This document shows positions 43,027 through 53,311 of a stretch of 64,000 nt of DNA, piece after piece; the first letter of the stretch is position 1; the number at the start of each line of letters is the position of its first letter. Below the pieces are notes generated by a model that saw only the letters and a list, made by a program, of their open reading frames with translations, ran no database searches and was not told the origin of the DNA. Origin of the DNA: Candidatus Poribacteria bacterium. Lineage in GTDB: Bacteria; Poribacteria; WGA-4E; WGA-3G. The position numbers and the translations under genes were made by a program. The stretch lies in NCBI GenBank assembly GCA_965242965.1, contig OZ251518.1, positions 1,224,691 through 1,288,690 on the forward strand, given 5' to 3'.

Positions 43027-44759
43027 TTCTTCTGTCCTCGCTGAATTTTCGCCCAACTATCCCGCAACGGGACGGTGCGGTTGAATACCAACTTCTCCGC
43101 CGTTGTATCCGGATCGACGCAGAAATAGCCCATCCGGAGGAACTGATACCGCGTGCCGTGCGGAACGCCGACAAGACTCGGTTCAACTTTGCAACCCGTT
43201 AAAACTTCCAAGGAGTTCGGATTGATGAAGGCTGTCCAATCAGTCCCATCGGCGGCGTTCTCCGGTTCACGTTCGGTGAAAAGTGACTCGTAGAGGCGCG
43301 CTTCGGCATTGACAGCGTGCGCCGCTGATACCCAGTGCAATGTGCCGCGCACCCTGCGGCCATCGTCAGACCAGCCACCGCGCGTCCCCGGGTCATACGT
43401 GCAGTGAATTTCAAGAATCTCGCCGGTGCCCGGGTCTTTCACGACGCTTTCGCACGTGACGTAATAGGCGTGCTTGAGGCGCACCTCGCGTCCGGGGGCC
43501 AAACGGAAGAATTTCCGGGGCGGGTCCTCCATGAAATCCTCGCGTTCAATGTAGAGTTCCCGCGAAAACGGGATTTGCCGCGTGCCAGCATCCGCGTCTT
43601 CCGGGTTATTTTCCGCTTCCAGCCATTCCACCTCTCCATCGGGATAGTTGTCAATAACCACTTTGACAGGATTCAGCACTGCCATGACGCGGGGGGCGCG
43701 TTGGTTCAAGTCAGTCCGGATGGAATACTCCAACTGACTCATCTCAATGAGATTATCCGCCTTTGAAACGCCGATGCGGTTGCAGAAATCGTGAATCGCC
43801 GCCGGCGTATACCCACGACGGCGCATCCCGGCGAGCGTCGGCAGGCGAGGATCGTCCCAGTCATTGACATGTCCTTCCTGCACCAGCACGCGCAACTTCC
43901 GCTTGCCTAGCACCGTGTGCGTTAAATTCAGGCGCGCGAATTCTATTTGGCGCGGCCGGTAAATTTCCAACGCCTCCAGAAACCAGTCGTAAAGTGGACG
44001 ATGATCTTCAAATTGGACATCGCATAACGAATGCGTGATACCCTCAATAGAATCGGATTGCCCGTGCGTGAAATCGTAGGTAGGATAGATGCACCACTCC
44101 GTGCCGTATCGATAGTGCGGCGCGCGGAGAACGCGATACATCACCGGGTCGCGCATGTTAAGATTGGGGCTCGCCATATCGATTTTGGCGCGAAGCGTGC
44201 GAGAACCGTCCGGGAATTCGCCGTTACGCATGCCGCGAAACAACGCCAGATTCTCCGCAACCGAACGGGTGCGGTAGGGACTATCTTTGCCGGGTTCGAC
44301 TAAAGTGCCGCGATAGGCGCGCATCTCGTCCGGTGTCAGATCGCAGACATACGCCTTCCCCTTTTCGATGAGTTTGATGGCATAGCCGTAGAGCGTCTCA
44401 AAGTAATCGGAGGCGTAAAACTCGCGTTCTTCCCAGTCAAAACCGAGCCAGCGAACATCGCGTTTGATCGCCTCGACATACTCGTGTTCCTCGGTGATGG
44501 GGTTGCTGTCGTCAAAGCGGAGGTTATAGAGGCCGCCGTAGTCTTCGGCGATGCCGAAGCTAATGCAGATGGCTTTGGCATGTCCGATGTGGAGATAGCC
44601 GCTCGGTTCCGGTGGAAATCGGGTATGCACTTTTCCGTCATAAGTGTTATCCGCCAGGTCCTTCTCAACTTCTTGGCGGATGAAATCGAGATTCGTTTTC
44701 GCGGCGGGTTTTTCGTCGTTTTCGGTGCTATGTTTTGGGTTAGCGTCCGAATTTTTCAT
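43023..44759 (-). CDS. glnS: glutamine--tRNA ligase
   Basis: [20 protein letters not shown] (HIGH) and VLGKRKL (KMSKS-like). 578 aa. Confidence 0.9.
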   Translation of the reverse strand: MKNSDANPKHSTENDEKPAAKTNLDFIRQEVEKDLADNTYDGKVHTRFPPEPSGYLHIGHAKAICISFGIAEDYGGLYNLRFDDSNPITEEHEYVEAIKRDVRWLGFDWEEREFYASDYFETLYGYAIKLIEKGKAYVCDLTPDEMRAYRGTLVEPGKDSPYRTRSVAENLALFRGMRNGEFPDGSRTLRAKIDMASPNLNMRDPVMYRVLRAPHYRYGTEWCIYPTYDFTHGQSDSIEGITHSLCDVQFEDHRPLYDWFLEALEIYRPRQIEFARLNLTHTVLGKRKLRVLVQEGHVNDWDDPRLPTLAGMRRRGYTPAAIHDFCNRIGVSKADNLIEMSQLEYSIRTDLNQRAPRVMAVLNPVKVVIDNYPDGEVEWLEAENNPEDADAGTRQIPFSRELYIEREDFMEDPPRKFFRLAPGREVRLKHAYYVTCESVVKDPGTGEILEIHCTYDPGTRGGWSDDGRRVRGTLHWVSAAHAVNAEARLYESLFTEREPENAADGTDWTAFINPNSLEVLTGCKVEPSLVGVPHGTRYQFLRMGYFCVDPDTTAEKLVFNRTVPLRDSWAKIQRGQKK

Positions 44760-44857
44760 AACAGGGCTCCATGATGCAAAAAGGTTTACGTTGCGATATT
44801 ATACCTGAGAACCGGGGCCAAAGTCAAGGAATTTTCTGCAATTCCCCTCCCATTCCC

Positions 44858-45066
44858 CGGTAGGCGAGACCTCCAGGTCTCGATTTCTTTCTCCTGACCT
44901 CGATGTTCCCGTAGCGCGGGCCCCTCGGATGCCATACGCGCATCCGAGCGAGTTTCCCCCGCGCGGGTTAGATTGCGCGAGCGATGGCGAGGGACAGGCC
45001 CTCGCCCTACGATGAAGGGGGACCTTCTGCAGCCCTATTGCATCGAGACCAGGAGGTCTCTCCTAC
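44858..45066. repeat. REP hairpin cluster
   Basis: ggtaggcgagacctccaggtctcgat, gtagcgcggg, ggcgagggacaggccctcgccctac, and atcgagaccaggaggtctctcctac. Confidence 0.8.
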
Positions 45067-45227
45067 GCCCGCTCTTGACCAGGTTGGAGATTAGGCGATT
45101 TTAACAGAAACCGGTCCCCTGCTTGTGCAGGCAGGTCGACCGGAATATCGCCAGTCACCTGAACAATACTCTCGCCAAATTCGTTGACAATTTTCGTGAT
45201 GTTTTCTTGAGATTCTAGTTTTTCCAT
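45063..45227 (-). CDS. hypothetical 54-aa protein, candidate leaderless mRNA
   Basis: The ORF MEKLESQENITKIVNEFGESIVQVTGDIPVDLPAQAGDRFLLKSPNLQPGQERA is below the track cutoff, so I translated it by hand. A consensus promoter ends 6 nt before the ATG. No Shine-Dalgarno. Confidence 0.35.
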   Translation of the reverse strand: MEKLESQENITKIVNEFGESIVQVTGDIPVDLPAQAGDRFLLKSPNLQPGQERA

Positions 45228-45233
45228 GGGGAT

Positions 45234-45262
45234 ATAATACAAAAATTACGGAGAAATGTCAA
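45234..45262 (-). promoter_or_regulatory. sigma70-type promoter immediately upstream of the 54-aa ORF
   Basis: Minus strand: TTGACA (45262-45257), 17 nt, TATTAT (45239-45234), then atcccc and the ATG. Confidence 0.5.
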
Positions 45263-45348
45263 TTTTTCAGAAAAAAGTTGTAACCTTTCCTGCAATGCAT
45301 CGTTTTTTTACTTATGACGTAAAAGATTTTTATTAAGGAGGTTTACCC

Positions 45349-45540
45349 ATGCATTCCAAGGATACGCCGAAGAACCATTCCAGTTTCTACGAAGTGGCTC
45401 TGTATCTTGCGGTAGCGAAGGCACAGCAGAATGAATTCCGATGGGAGGCGTTCATTGACGATGTGTCCCAGATTTGCGACAGATTCGCGACGCACATTGC
45501 TTCCCAAGGCATCTCTGCTTCCAAGTTGTCACGCCGATAG
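45349..45540 (+). CDS. hypothetical 63-aa protein
   Basis: Strong AAGGAGG Shine-Dalgarno 7 nt upstream of the ATG. No recognisable family. Confidence 0.4.
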   Translation: MHSKDTPKNHSSFYEVALYLAVAKAQQNEFRWEAFIDDVSQICDRFATHIASQGISASKLSRR

Positions 45541-45605
45541 TTGTGACGTTCCCTGTTAAAGACGAGGTTCATTGTCCTACCCTGACAATGTGCCTCGTTT
45601 TTTCT

Positions 45606-46877
45606 TCAGAGCGGTTCATTCAACTTCTCATGATTCCGCATAATCTTAACGAGGGAGCTTACCAGCTTCTCCGGGGCGTGGCGGATGACGTTCATTTCAA
45701 CGCCGCCTTCCTTCACTACCATGTCGCGAATCAGGTCTGCCTCAACGACAGTCATTCCCTGCTCCGCCAGATTTTCCCCTTCCGCATTGTAAGATACCTG
45801 CACCTTCGAGGCATCCGCCACCAGCATCGTCTCCGCTGAGAGCAGTGAAATGTGCTTAGCGAGGTTCATCACATCCATCGGGTGCGCCTTGTTTTCGTAA
45901 AGCATAGAGAGTCCGTCTTCGGAAAGCGAGCGGATGCGGGTGAGCTGCGCCAGCAACTCCTGCCGCACATATTCCTGAATGACTTCGGTTGGCGCGGGAT
46001 GATTATTGACGAGAACGTATTGTAACGTGATTTTCGCGTGGTCCAACAGGGCATTGACGTGGTCCGTGACAGCGTAACCGTCGGTTTCACCGGGCTGCGT
46101 CATGACGTTACAGACGTAGATTTTCATGGCATTGGAACGCTGTATTGCGTCAACAATGCCTTTGATGACGAGATTCGGCATGATGCTGGTATAAAGACTC
46201 CCCGGTCCGATGATAATGACATCGGCGTTCAGCAGTGCGTCTATCGCCTCGTGGTGTGCTTGGCATTCGTAGATTTCGCTTGGTTGTTCATCCCGATGGT
46301 GCGTTTTGCCATTCTCGCGCCGCTCAAAAAAGACGCGCTTGATGGGTTCGCGGTTCTCGCGTTTGGGGATAGTCGATTCGCCGCGGACAATCTCGCCATC
46401 GGCGAGTTCGGCGCACAGCACGGTGTAGTCTAACGTCACGGGGATAATCCTGCCGCGCACAGCGAGGAGCCGCGATGCGGCTTGGATGGCTTTTGGAAAG
46501 TTGCCTTTCAATGCTGTCAATGCCGTGAGCAGGATATTGCCGATGGTATGCCCACCGAGTTCGCCGTTGCTTGAGAATCGGTATTCAAACAGCCCGGCGA
46601 GTTCATCTGCATCGGATAAGGTGAACAGCAGCCGCCGGATGTCGCCGGGAGGAAGCACGTCAAACTCTTCGACGAGGCGGCCGGAGCTCCCTCCATCGTC
46701 GGAGACGGTGACGATGGCAGTGAGGTTATCCAAATCGATAATCTTATCGTCGCCGAGGTTGATGTCTGCGTAGTGTTTGATGCCGCTGAGCAGTGCGGAC
46801 AATCCACTACCGCCGCCGATACAGGCGAGCCTTAAGTTCTTTGTATGTTGCACGTTTGATACGTTCTCTGATTTCAT
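45606..46877 (-). CDS. YvcK/CofD-like (UPF0052, gluconeogenesis-factor family) protein
   Basis: LACIGGGSGLSALLSGIK, VTVSDDGGSSGRL and PPGDIRR. Start set at MKSENV (46877). Confidence 0.8.
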   Translation of the reverse strand: MKSENVSNVQHTKNLRLACIGGGSGLSALLSGIKHYADINLGDDKIIDLDNLTAIVTVSDDGGSSGRLVEEFDVLPPGDIRRLLFTLSDADELAGLFEYRFSSNGELGGHTIGNILLTALTALKGNFPKAIQAASRLLAVRGRIIPVTLDYTVLCAELADGEIVRGESTIPKRENREPIKRVFFERRENGKTHHRDEQPSEIYECQAHHEAIDALLNADVIIIGPGSLYTSIMPNLVIKGIVDAIQRSNAMKIYVCNVMTQPGETDGYAVTDHVNALLDHAKITLQYVLVNNHPAPTEVIQEYVRQELLAQLTRIRSLSEDGLSMLYENKAHPMDVMNLAKHISLLSAETMLVADASKVQVSYNAEGENLAEQGMTVVEADLIRDMVVKEGGVEMNVIRHAPEKLVSSLVKIMRNHEKLNEPL

Positions 46878-46904
46878 CGCGTCTGTCTCCGCATATCTGT
46901 CGCC

Positions 46905-46965
46905 TTGTTTGGTAGGCGCGGTTACAAACCGCGCCTGCACCCGGCACGCTTAGAACGCGCGCCTA
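46905..46965. repeat. GTAG-GCGCGGTT hairpin REP variant
   Basis: ggtaggcgcggttacaaaccgcgcctgc, related to the unit at 31030-31060. Confidence 0.7.
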
Positions 46966-47014
46966 CCCGCAAAATTAATTTTGCGTTAATCATATCACAA
47001 CATAAATAACGCAA

Positions 47015-48487
47015 TTAACGGCAAATCTGTTTCATTAACATTTGCAGCGTGTCCAACGTCTCGTCACAGAGAGCCTCCGCTTCCGCCGCCGTAGGTGCTT
47101 CGCTGAACACCCGAATGACAGGTTCGGTGCCTGATTTGCGGATGTTCACCCATCTGTCATCCCAGCTGCGCTTGATACCGTCACCCAGGTCAAGTTGCGG
47201 CATCGGGAGGGGTTTTTCATGCGAGACAGGGGTGTCCTTTCCCTTTGAGTCCGGGAGTGCTCTCCTATCGGTATAGATTTCCTCGGCGCGCGCAATGAGC
47301 TGCGTTGCGATGTCTTGCGAGGGTATCTCCAGTTTCTTGCGACACATCTCGTAGTGCGGCAGACTCTCCACGAGTGCTGTCACGGTGCTCACGGTGCCAT
47401 CTGAATCGCTTTGCAGACGTGTTTCAGCCAGACGTTGCACCATCGCCGCAATGGAAGCGATGCCGTCGGTAGTATGATGGATGCTCGGATAGATAACGCC
47501 GCCGGTGCCTTCGCCGCCAATAACGGCGTTCACCTCGTGCATTTTCTCCACCACCCATCCCACACCGACTTTCGTTCGGTGGAGCGTCACGCCGTGCTTC
47601 GCGGCGACATCATCTAGCATCCGACTTGTTGATACCGTTGCGACGATATCACCCTTCGTCTGCTTGAGGATAAAATCGGCGATGAGCGCGAACGTCCATT
47701 CGCCGCTCAGCGGAACACCGCGTTCTGTCACAATGACAAGTCTATCCGCGTCTCCATCGTGCGCGAATCCGATGTCGGCGTTGGTGACGCGCACCGTTTC
47801 ACACAACTCGCCGAGGGCATCAGGCGTAGGTTCGGCGGGCCGGCGGAAGTGCCCATCGGGAACGCAGTTGAGTTCAACAACCCGACAGCCGAGCTCTCGC
47901 AACAGCGTTGGGCTGATGACGCTTCCCGCGCCGTTGCCGCAGTCCAGCACTACCTTCAGATTCGCTTTTTGAATCAAGTCGTGTTCAAGCCACGGTGAAC
48001 TCATTATCGTTGCGAGGTGATACGCTATGGCATCGCTGTCGGTTTCTAGCCGGCCTTGTTCGTTCCACGGTGCGAGCGCGAACTCTTCTGTTTCAAAGAT
48101 ACGCGCGATTTCGTCGCGTTCCGCTTGCGTCAAAAGCCTCCCCGATGCCGACGCGAATTCAATCCCGTTCCACTCCATGGGGTTATGACTGGCGGTGATG
48201 GTGACACTGCCTTGCGCATCAAGTGCCTTCGCCATCAAGAGGATAGTCGGTGTCGGACAGAGTCCAACGTCAATGACGCGGCACCCAGTGGCGAGCAGAC
48301 CGGCAAGCACCGCGTGCTGAACCATCGGCCCCGAGGTCCGCGAGTCTTTCCCAATTACCACTGTTCTACCGGCGACAAACGTGCCGAACGCCATCGCAAA
48401 TTGCGTGATGAGCCTCGGGTCCAACGAAACGCCTACCTGTCCGCGAACGCCTGAAACGCTAATGATGGGTTGTTCTATGTTAGCCAT
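47015..48487 (-). CDS. alpha-D-phosphohexomutase family enzyme (GlmM/ManB-like)
   Basis: TITASHNP (phosphoserine loop), HDGDADR (Mg site), GGEGTGG (sugar loop), RKSGTEP (phosphate loop). Confidence 0.85.
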   Translation of the reverse strand: MANIEQPIISVSGVRGQVGVSLDPRLITQFAMAFGTFVAGRTVVIGKDSRTSGPMVQHAVLAGLLATGCRVIDVGLCPTPTILLMAKALDAQGSVTITASHNPMEWNGIEFASASGRLLTQAERDEIARIFETEEFALAPWNEQGRLETDSDAIAYHLATIMSSPWLEHDLIQKANLKVVLDCGNGAGSVISPTLLRELGCRVVELNCVPDGHFRRPAEPTPDALGELCETVRVTNADIGFAHDGDADRLVIVTERGVPLSGEWTFALIADFILKQTKGDIVATVSTSRMLDDVAAKHGVTLHRTKVGVGWVVEKMHEVNAVIGGEGTGGVIYPSIHHTTDGIASIAAMVQRLAETRLQSDSDGTVSTVTALVESLPHYEMCRKKLEIPSQDIATQLIARAEEIYTDRRALPDSKGKDTPVSHEKPLPMPQLDLGDGIKRSWDDRWVNIRKSGTEPVIRVFSEAPTAAEAEALCDETLDTLQMLMKQICR

Positions 48488-48515
48488 GTTTTTGTATTTC
48501 CTTTCGTTAGTCTGG

Positions 48516-49235
48516 CTAATCGCGTATCAAACCGAGTAGGCAGATGCCGCCGATACATACCTGCCAGAAACAGACGAGGTACCACGGTGGATAGGCGAAA
48601 AGATACGATGGAATCGGCGTTAACTCGTAGAGCAACGGTGTCCTGAAGATATCCGTTTCCGCCAAAATCGCGCACACGGCCATCAGCGGATTTGCATGGA
48701 GAACCAGCGGAATTATCGGTTGAACGCTGTCAATATAACGTTCCAAAGGTGCCAGTAAAAACATGCCGCCGATAGTCGTGCACCAGAGGAGATACGCGAG
48801 TTCTGTGCCGAAAAGCACGTCTCGAAAAACCTTCGCGCCCCACATGCCGACAGCTCCAGCGGAAAAACTGTAGATGCCTAGCACGGCGAGCATTTGCAAC
48901 GCCTTCACGAACGGTGGTTCCATCGCACAGAAAAGGAACGCCGTTGATAGAAACGCCCAACATAAGAGCGGCACCTGACCCGTGGCAAGTTGCGTCAATA
49001 AGCGTTTCCTAGTTGAACTGCGACTGAGGGTTAGCAGAACGGAATCGCCTTCCGTGCGGTTCATATATGCCGCCAAATAAGGTGCCGCCAGAAGCACGAC
49101 GCACCCCTGTGCGAGCGCGAAACACGCCGTCGGTGAGCCGAGTTTCGCGTGGGCTAGCAAGAGATATATTACCCACGACAGCAAACTGGCAGACAGGACT
49201 GTGAGTGCAATGATGGCGCGGCGGACACCAAGCAT
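48516..49235 (-). CDS. multi-pass integral membrane protein, function unknown
   Basis: 239 aa with about six hydrophobic segments. Its start overlaps the stop of the upstream gene (TAATG). Confidence 0.6.
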   Translation of the reverse strand: MLGVRRAIIALTVLSASLLSWVIYLLLAHAKLGSPTACFALAQGCVVLLAAPYLAAYMNRTEGDSVLLTLSRSSTRKRLLTQLATGQVPLLCWAFLSTAFLFCAMEPPFVKALQMLAVLGIYSFSAGAVGMWGAKVFRDVLFGTELAYLLWCTTIGGMFLLAPLERYIDSVQPIIPLVLHANPLMAVCAILAETDIFRTPLLYELTPIPSYLFAYPPWYLVCFWQVCIGGICLLGLIRD

Positions 49236-49879
49236 TAGTAATCTCCGCGGAGCCGTAAGAGTGTCTCGGCAATGCCAATAAGGTTCGGGTTGATAAGCAA
49301 CGCTTGTTTGTATGCCTCAATTGCCTCCTCAATTTTCCCGAGTCTGACATAGACGTGCCCCATCCCGGCGAACGCGCCGAAGTGGTTCGGGTTGAGCGCG
49401 ATGGCGCGCTTACAATCTCTGATGGATTTGCTCCACTCTTCCATTAAGAAATAGGCGATGGCGCGCTGATTGTAGCCTTCGGCGAACGCCGGGGCGGCTT
49501 CAATAACTTCGGTGAAACGTTCAACCGCTTCTTCATACGCCTCGTCTTCCAATAGCGATTTGCCATCGCTAAGCATTTTATCGATGGAGGCATCGCCGGA
49601 ACGCGACCAGATGTGCCACAGCGCGCTTTCGGCAGAAAGGCGGGTGCCGAGGTCATCGTCCTTGAGCGCGTCAATGAGTGCAGGCACGACTTCTTCGTCG
49701 CCGATAATTTTAAGCGCGGCAGCCGCCGCACGCGTAACGAGCGGGTCTTCACGTTTCAGGTATCCTAACAACGTTTCTGCTGAGTATTGCTCGGTGAGGC
49801 GTTGTTTTAGTTTTTCGGTATTGCCGGAATGCTTAAACATCAGTTTCGCCAATTCCGAAAATCCGTTATGCTTGTGCAT
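49235..49879 (-). CDS. HEAT-like plus TPR repeat protein
   Basis: AAAALKIIGDEEVVPALIDALKDDD is HEAT-like. AYNQRAIAYFLMEEWSKSIRDCKRAIALNPN and GMGHVYVRLGKIEEAIEAYKQALLINPN are TPR. Confidence 0.7.
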   Translation of the reverse strand: MHKHNGFSELAKLMFKHSGNTEKLKQRLTEQYSAETLLGYLKREDPLVTRAAAAALKIIGDEEVVPALIDALKDDDLGTRLSAESALWHIWSRSGDASIDKMLSDGKSLLEDEAYEEAVERFTEVIEAAPAFAEGYNQRAIAYFLMEEWSKSIRDCKRAIALNPNHFGAFAGMGHVYVRLGKIEEAIEAYKQALLINPNLIGIAETLLRLRGDY

Positions 49880-50029
49880 CGTAAACCTCGCGATGGATAA
49901 AAACTAGTTTTATAGGTATTATAGCATATCTTCGCAGGAATAGCAACAGAATAATACCAAATGCACGCTGTAGTTTGCCTTGCCCTATGAAGATGGGGGC
50001 AACTACCCCAACGTGTTATGTCTATCAAA

Positions 50030-50860
50030 AACCTAATCTTTGCTAATCTTGTAAATCTTGTAAATCCTGCTCATGTTTTCGGAACCGGGAGAGAATCGTA
50101 GTGTATCAGGGGCTGGCAGACCTCATCACCTCTGTAGGTCAGGATCGTCTGATCCTGACCCGTTCGGGAGCGGGCTCTCCCGAACTACAGAGGTGGACAC
50201 CCAATACTGGTCTTGACTCCCCACGGTAGGAGAGACCTCCTGGTCTCGATTTTCACTGTAGCAAGAGGTGGCGTTTTAGGTCCTTTAGCACCTACATGTC
50301 TATAGAAACACGTGCCGGTCCCTTTTCAAGGTCCTTTAGGACCTTAATAAAAACACGCGCTGACCTCGCAAAAACTATTAAGGACCTAAAGGCCCTTAGG
50401 GTTCTTCGCGTCTGCGCGTGCTATAGACATTCAGGTCCTACAGACCTGAAGAGAAAGAGAGCCGTTTTTTTGTTCGTAGCGCGGGGGCCTGTCCCCCGCG
50501 AGCGTTGGATTGCGCGGACGATGGCAAGGGAAACCCGCTCGCGCGCGCGGGTGGCATGCGAGGGCCCAAGCCCTACGACGCAGGGGGGCTTTCTGCCGCC
50601 GCTGCCCCGGGAGGCGCGCCGCCTATAAGTCAGGCTCGCCTGAAGTTCTGGCATATTTGCCAAATGATCCTGACCCGTTCGGGAGCGGGTGCTCCCGAAC
50701 TACAGAGGTGGGCCCAATGCCTTCCTGATACGAACCACATCAAGACCGGGTGGAAGAAATCGAGACCAGGAGGTCTCTCCTACGGGGGACATCGCTCCCA
50801 TCGAGACCGGGAGGTCTCTCCTACCGGTAAAGATAGGGACAACTGTCCGTTTTTCAATTT
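50030..50860. repeat. large REP block including AGGTCC/GGACCT hairpins with atgtctatag motifs
   Basis: gtaggtcaggatcgtctgatcctgac, ttcgggagcgggctctcccgaactacag, aggtcctttaggacctt, tctatagacat, and GAGACC units. Confidence 0.85.
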
Positions 50861-50880
50861 TGGAAACGAAATGTTTTGGC

Positions 50881-50909
50881 TTGACAAAAAGCACGTTTTC
50901 GGGTATCAT
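50881..50909 (+). promoter_or_regulatory. sigma70-type promoter candidate, 7 nt upstream of an in-frame GTG
   Basis: TTGACA (50881-50886), 17 nt, TATCAT (50904-50909). GTG at 50917. Confidence 0.45.
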
Positions 50910-50916
50910 AAAATTT

Positions 50917-51936
50917 GTGTATACACTTGAGCCACTTACCACACAAAATAGCGACAGATGGGACGCGCTCCTCCTGCAGTGCAGTGAAAGCACCGCGTTC
51001 CAGTCCCTCGCATGGCGAGACGCGCTGGACAGTGCCTTCAAACAACTCACGCCGGTATATCTATTAATTCAGGAGGATGACACAGTTATCGGCGGTTTGC
51101 CGGCGTTCGTGTTTCAACCGATACCGGGTATAAAATTGTGGCATTCACTGCCGTGGAACCTGTTCGGTGGGGTGTTTATCATAGATTCGGTGCAGGTTAA
51201 CTTCGCTGAACTGATGTGGGCAGTTGAAACCTATCTTGAAAACGCATCGGCGGAAAAGGGATGGTGTGAAAGGCGGTGGACATTTTCGCCGCGGCACAGC
51301 GAAACATACAGCGGCACTCTCGCCGAAATGGGTTATGAACGCACCGAACATTTCACGCACCTTCTGCAGACGAACAGAGACGTTGACGCTCTCTGGCGCG
51401 CCTATAATAAACGCGTCCGCGGCGCAGTGCGGAAAGCGGAGAAGTCAGGCATAACTGTCACGGATACGGCAGATGAGGCAAGGCTCGCCGCCTTCTACGA
51501 GATGTATTTAACCACCGTGAAACGCTTAGGCGGCACGCCGAAACCGTTGTCGCTTCTGCGCATCTTAATGCGGCGCAACCTTGCGAGATTGGCTATCGCT
51601 ACCTACGATGGCACGATTATCGCCGGGCTTCTCTATCTCCATTTCAATCGGACGGTGACGCTGTGGTGTGAGGCTTCGGTGCCAGAGTTTCTGCAATATC
51701 GGCCTAACAATGCGATTTTCCACTACATTCTCACGTGGGCGTGCGAGGCGGGATATGACTGGGTGGATTTTGGTGCGTCACCACCGGAAAACAAGGGGTT
51801 AATCGCGCACAAAGAGCAATACCGCGCCAAACGGTTCGATTTCTGTCACTACACGAAAGTCGTTTCGCCGATAAGACGGGCCTTATGGACGCAAAGTGAG
51901 GGTATCCTCCGCAAAATTTATGCACGGATGCAATAG
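50917..51936 (+). CDS. FemAB-like / GNAT-fold (Acetyltransf_6-like) protein
   Basis: WDALLLQCSESTAFQSLAWRDAL and YNKRVRGAVRKAEKSGITV resemble the FemX/BioF2-like family from memory. The first 76 codons of the track ORF are REP sequence, so the start is moved to GTG 50917 (uncertain). Confidence 0.55.
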   Translation: MYTLEPLTTQNSDRWDALLLQCSESTAFQSLAWRDALDSAFKQLTPVYLLIQEDDTVIGGLPAFVFQPIPGIKLWHSLPWNLFGGVFIIDSVQVNFAELMWAVETYLENASAEKGWCERRWTFSPRHSETYSGTLAEMGYERTEHFTHLLQTNRDVDALWRAYNKRVRGAVRKAEKSGITVTDTADEARLAAFYEMYLTTVKRLGGTPKPLSLLRILMRRNLARLAIATYDGTIIAGLLYLHFNRTVTLWCEASVPEFLQYRPNNAIFHYILTWACEAGYDWVDFGASPPENKGLIAHKEQYRAKRFDFCHYTKVVSPIRRALWTQSEGILRKIYARMQ

Positions 51937-51955
51937 AAATTTGAGGGATCAAAAC

Positions 51956-53302
51956 ATGAAACCCAATCTCATCTTTATCTTCGGAGACCAGCACCGGGGG
52001 TGCGATGTCGGCTGTGCAGGAAATGCTCAGGTGCAGACACCCGCCATGGATATGCTGGCGCGAGAGGGAACCTTTTTCCCGAACACCTTCACCAATGTCC
52101 CGCTGTGTGTGCCGGCGCGCGGATGCCTCATGACAGGCAAGCATCCGTTGAGCCACAAAGCTGTTTCCAACGATTTGCCGTTACCTTTAACCGAAACCGG
52201 CATCGCGGAAGTGTTCAGAGATGCTGGCTACGCGACCGGCTATATTGGGAAATGGCACCTCGGTGGTATGCCGCGGGACAAGTTCATCACGCCGCTGATG
52301 CGCTTCGGTTTTGACGATTGGCTCGGCTGGAATTGCCACCACAACTATTTCAACGCGCCTTATCACGATAGCTTCGGGAATAGGATGCAGATTGAAGGCT
52401 ATGAACCCGATTTTCAGACGGAGCGCGCCATTCAATACTGCCGTGAACACGCCGATGAGCCGTTCTGCCTCTATCTCAGTTGGGGGCCGCCGCATAACCC
52501 TTACGAACATGTCCCGGAACGCTTCAAAGCGATGTATCCGCCGGAGGAAATCCAGCTGCGTCCGAACGCCGTAGACACGCCGCAGACGCGTGAGGACATC
52601 GCCGGTTATTACGCGCACATCACAGCATTGGACGAAAATCTGGGACGTTTGATGGCATCGCTTGACGACATCGGCATCGCTGAAAACACCATCCTCGTCT
52701 ATACGTCAGACCACGGTGACATGCTCGGCAGCCAAGGGCACGTCCGAAAGGAACGGCCGTGGGACGAATCGATACGCATCCCTTTCATGATACGCTGGCC
52801 CGGCAAAATTCCGGCAGGCGTGACGCGTGAAACGCTGCTGAGTCTCGTTGATTTCATGCCGAGTCTGTTATCGCTGTGTGGACTTGACATTCCTGATAGG
52901 GTGGAAGGAGTAGATATTTCCGGTGCAATGCTCGGCAAACCAATTGATGAACCGCAGTCAGTTTTATTGGAAATTCCGTTGCACGGTAGCGAAGGCTTCA
53001 ACGCCGGCATCCGTGAGTGGCGCGGGGTTCGCACGCATCGCCACACCTACGCGCGCCATTACGATGGCACCGAGTGGCTGCTCTACGATAACCACGCTGA
53101 TCCCTATCAGTTGAACAATCTCATTGATGATAAAAACTCACAGTCCCTCAAGGCGGAGTTAGAGGCGGAGCTCCAGCGATGGCTCGCGCGCATCAATGAT
53201 GCCTGTCTTCCGGGCATTGAGCACATTCGGGAACTCGGGCTATCGGAATTGTGGAACATCAGCGAACAGCGGTTCGGCGGCAGAAACCCGCGGTGGGCAT
53301 GA
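51956..53302 (+). CDS. Cys-type sulfatase (formylglycine-dependent), no signal peptide visible
   Basis: MKPNLIFIFGDQHR and the CVPARGCLMTG motif (CxPxRxxxxTG). Also YTSDHGD. Confidence 0.85.
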   Translation: MKPNLIFIFGDQHRGCDVGCAGNAQVQTPAMDMLAREGTFFPNTFTNVPLCVPARGCLMTGKHPLSHKAVSNDLPLPLTETGIAEVFRDAGYATGYIGKWHLGGMPRDKFITPLMRFGFDDWLGWNCHHNYFNAPYHDSFGNRMQIEGYEPDFQTERAIQYCREHADEPFCLYLSWGPPHNPYEHVPERFKAMYPPEEIQLRPNAVDTPQTREDIAGYYAHITALDENLGRLMASLDDIGIAENTILVYTSDHGDMLGSQGHVRKERPWDESIRIPFMIRWPGKIPAGVTRETLLSLVDFMPSLLSLCGLDIPDRVEGVDISGAMLGKPIDEPQSVLLEIPLHGSEGFNAGIREWRGVRTHRHTYARHYDGTEWLLYDNHADPYQLNNLIDDKNSQSLKAELEAELQRWLARINDACLPGIEHIRELGLSELWNISEQRFGGRNPRWA

Positions 53303-53311
53303 GAGGCGGAG

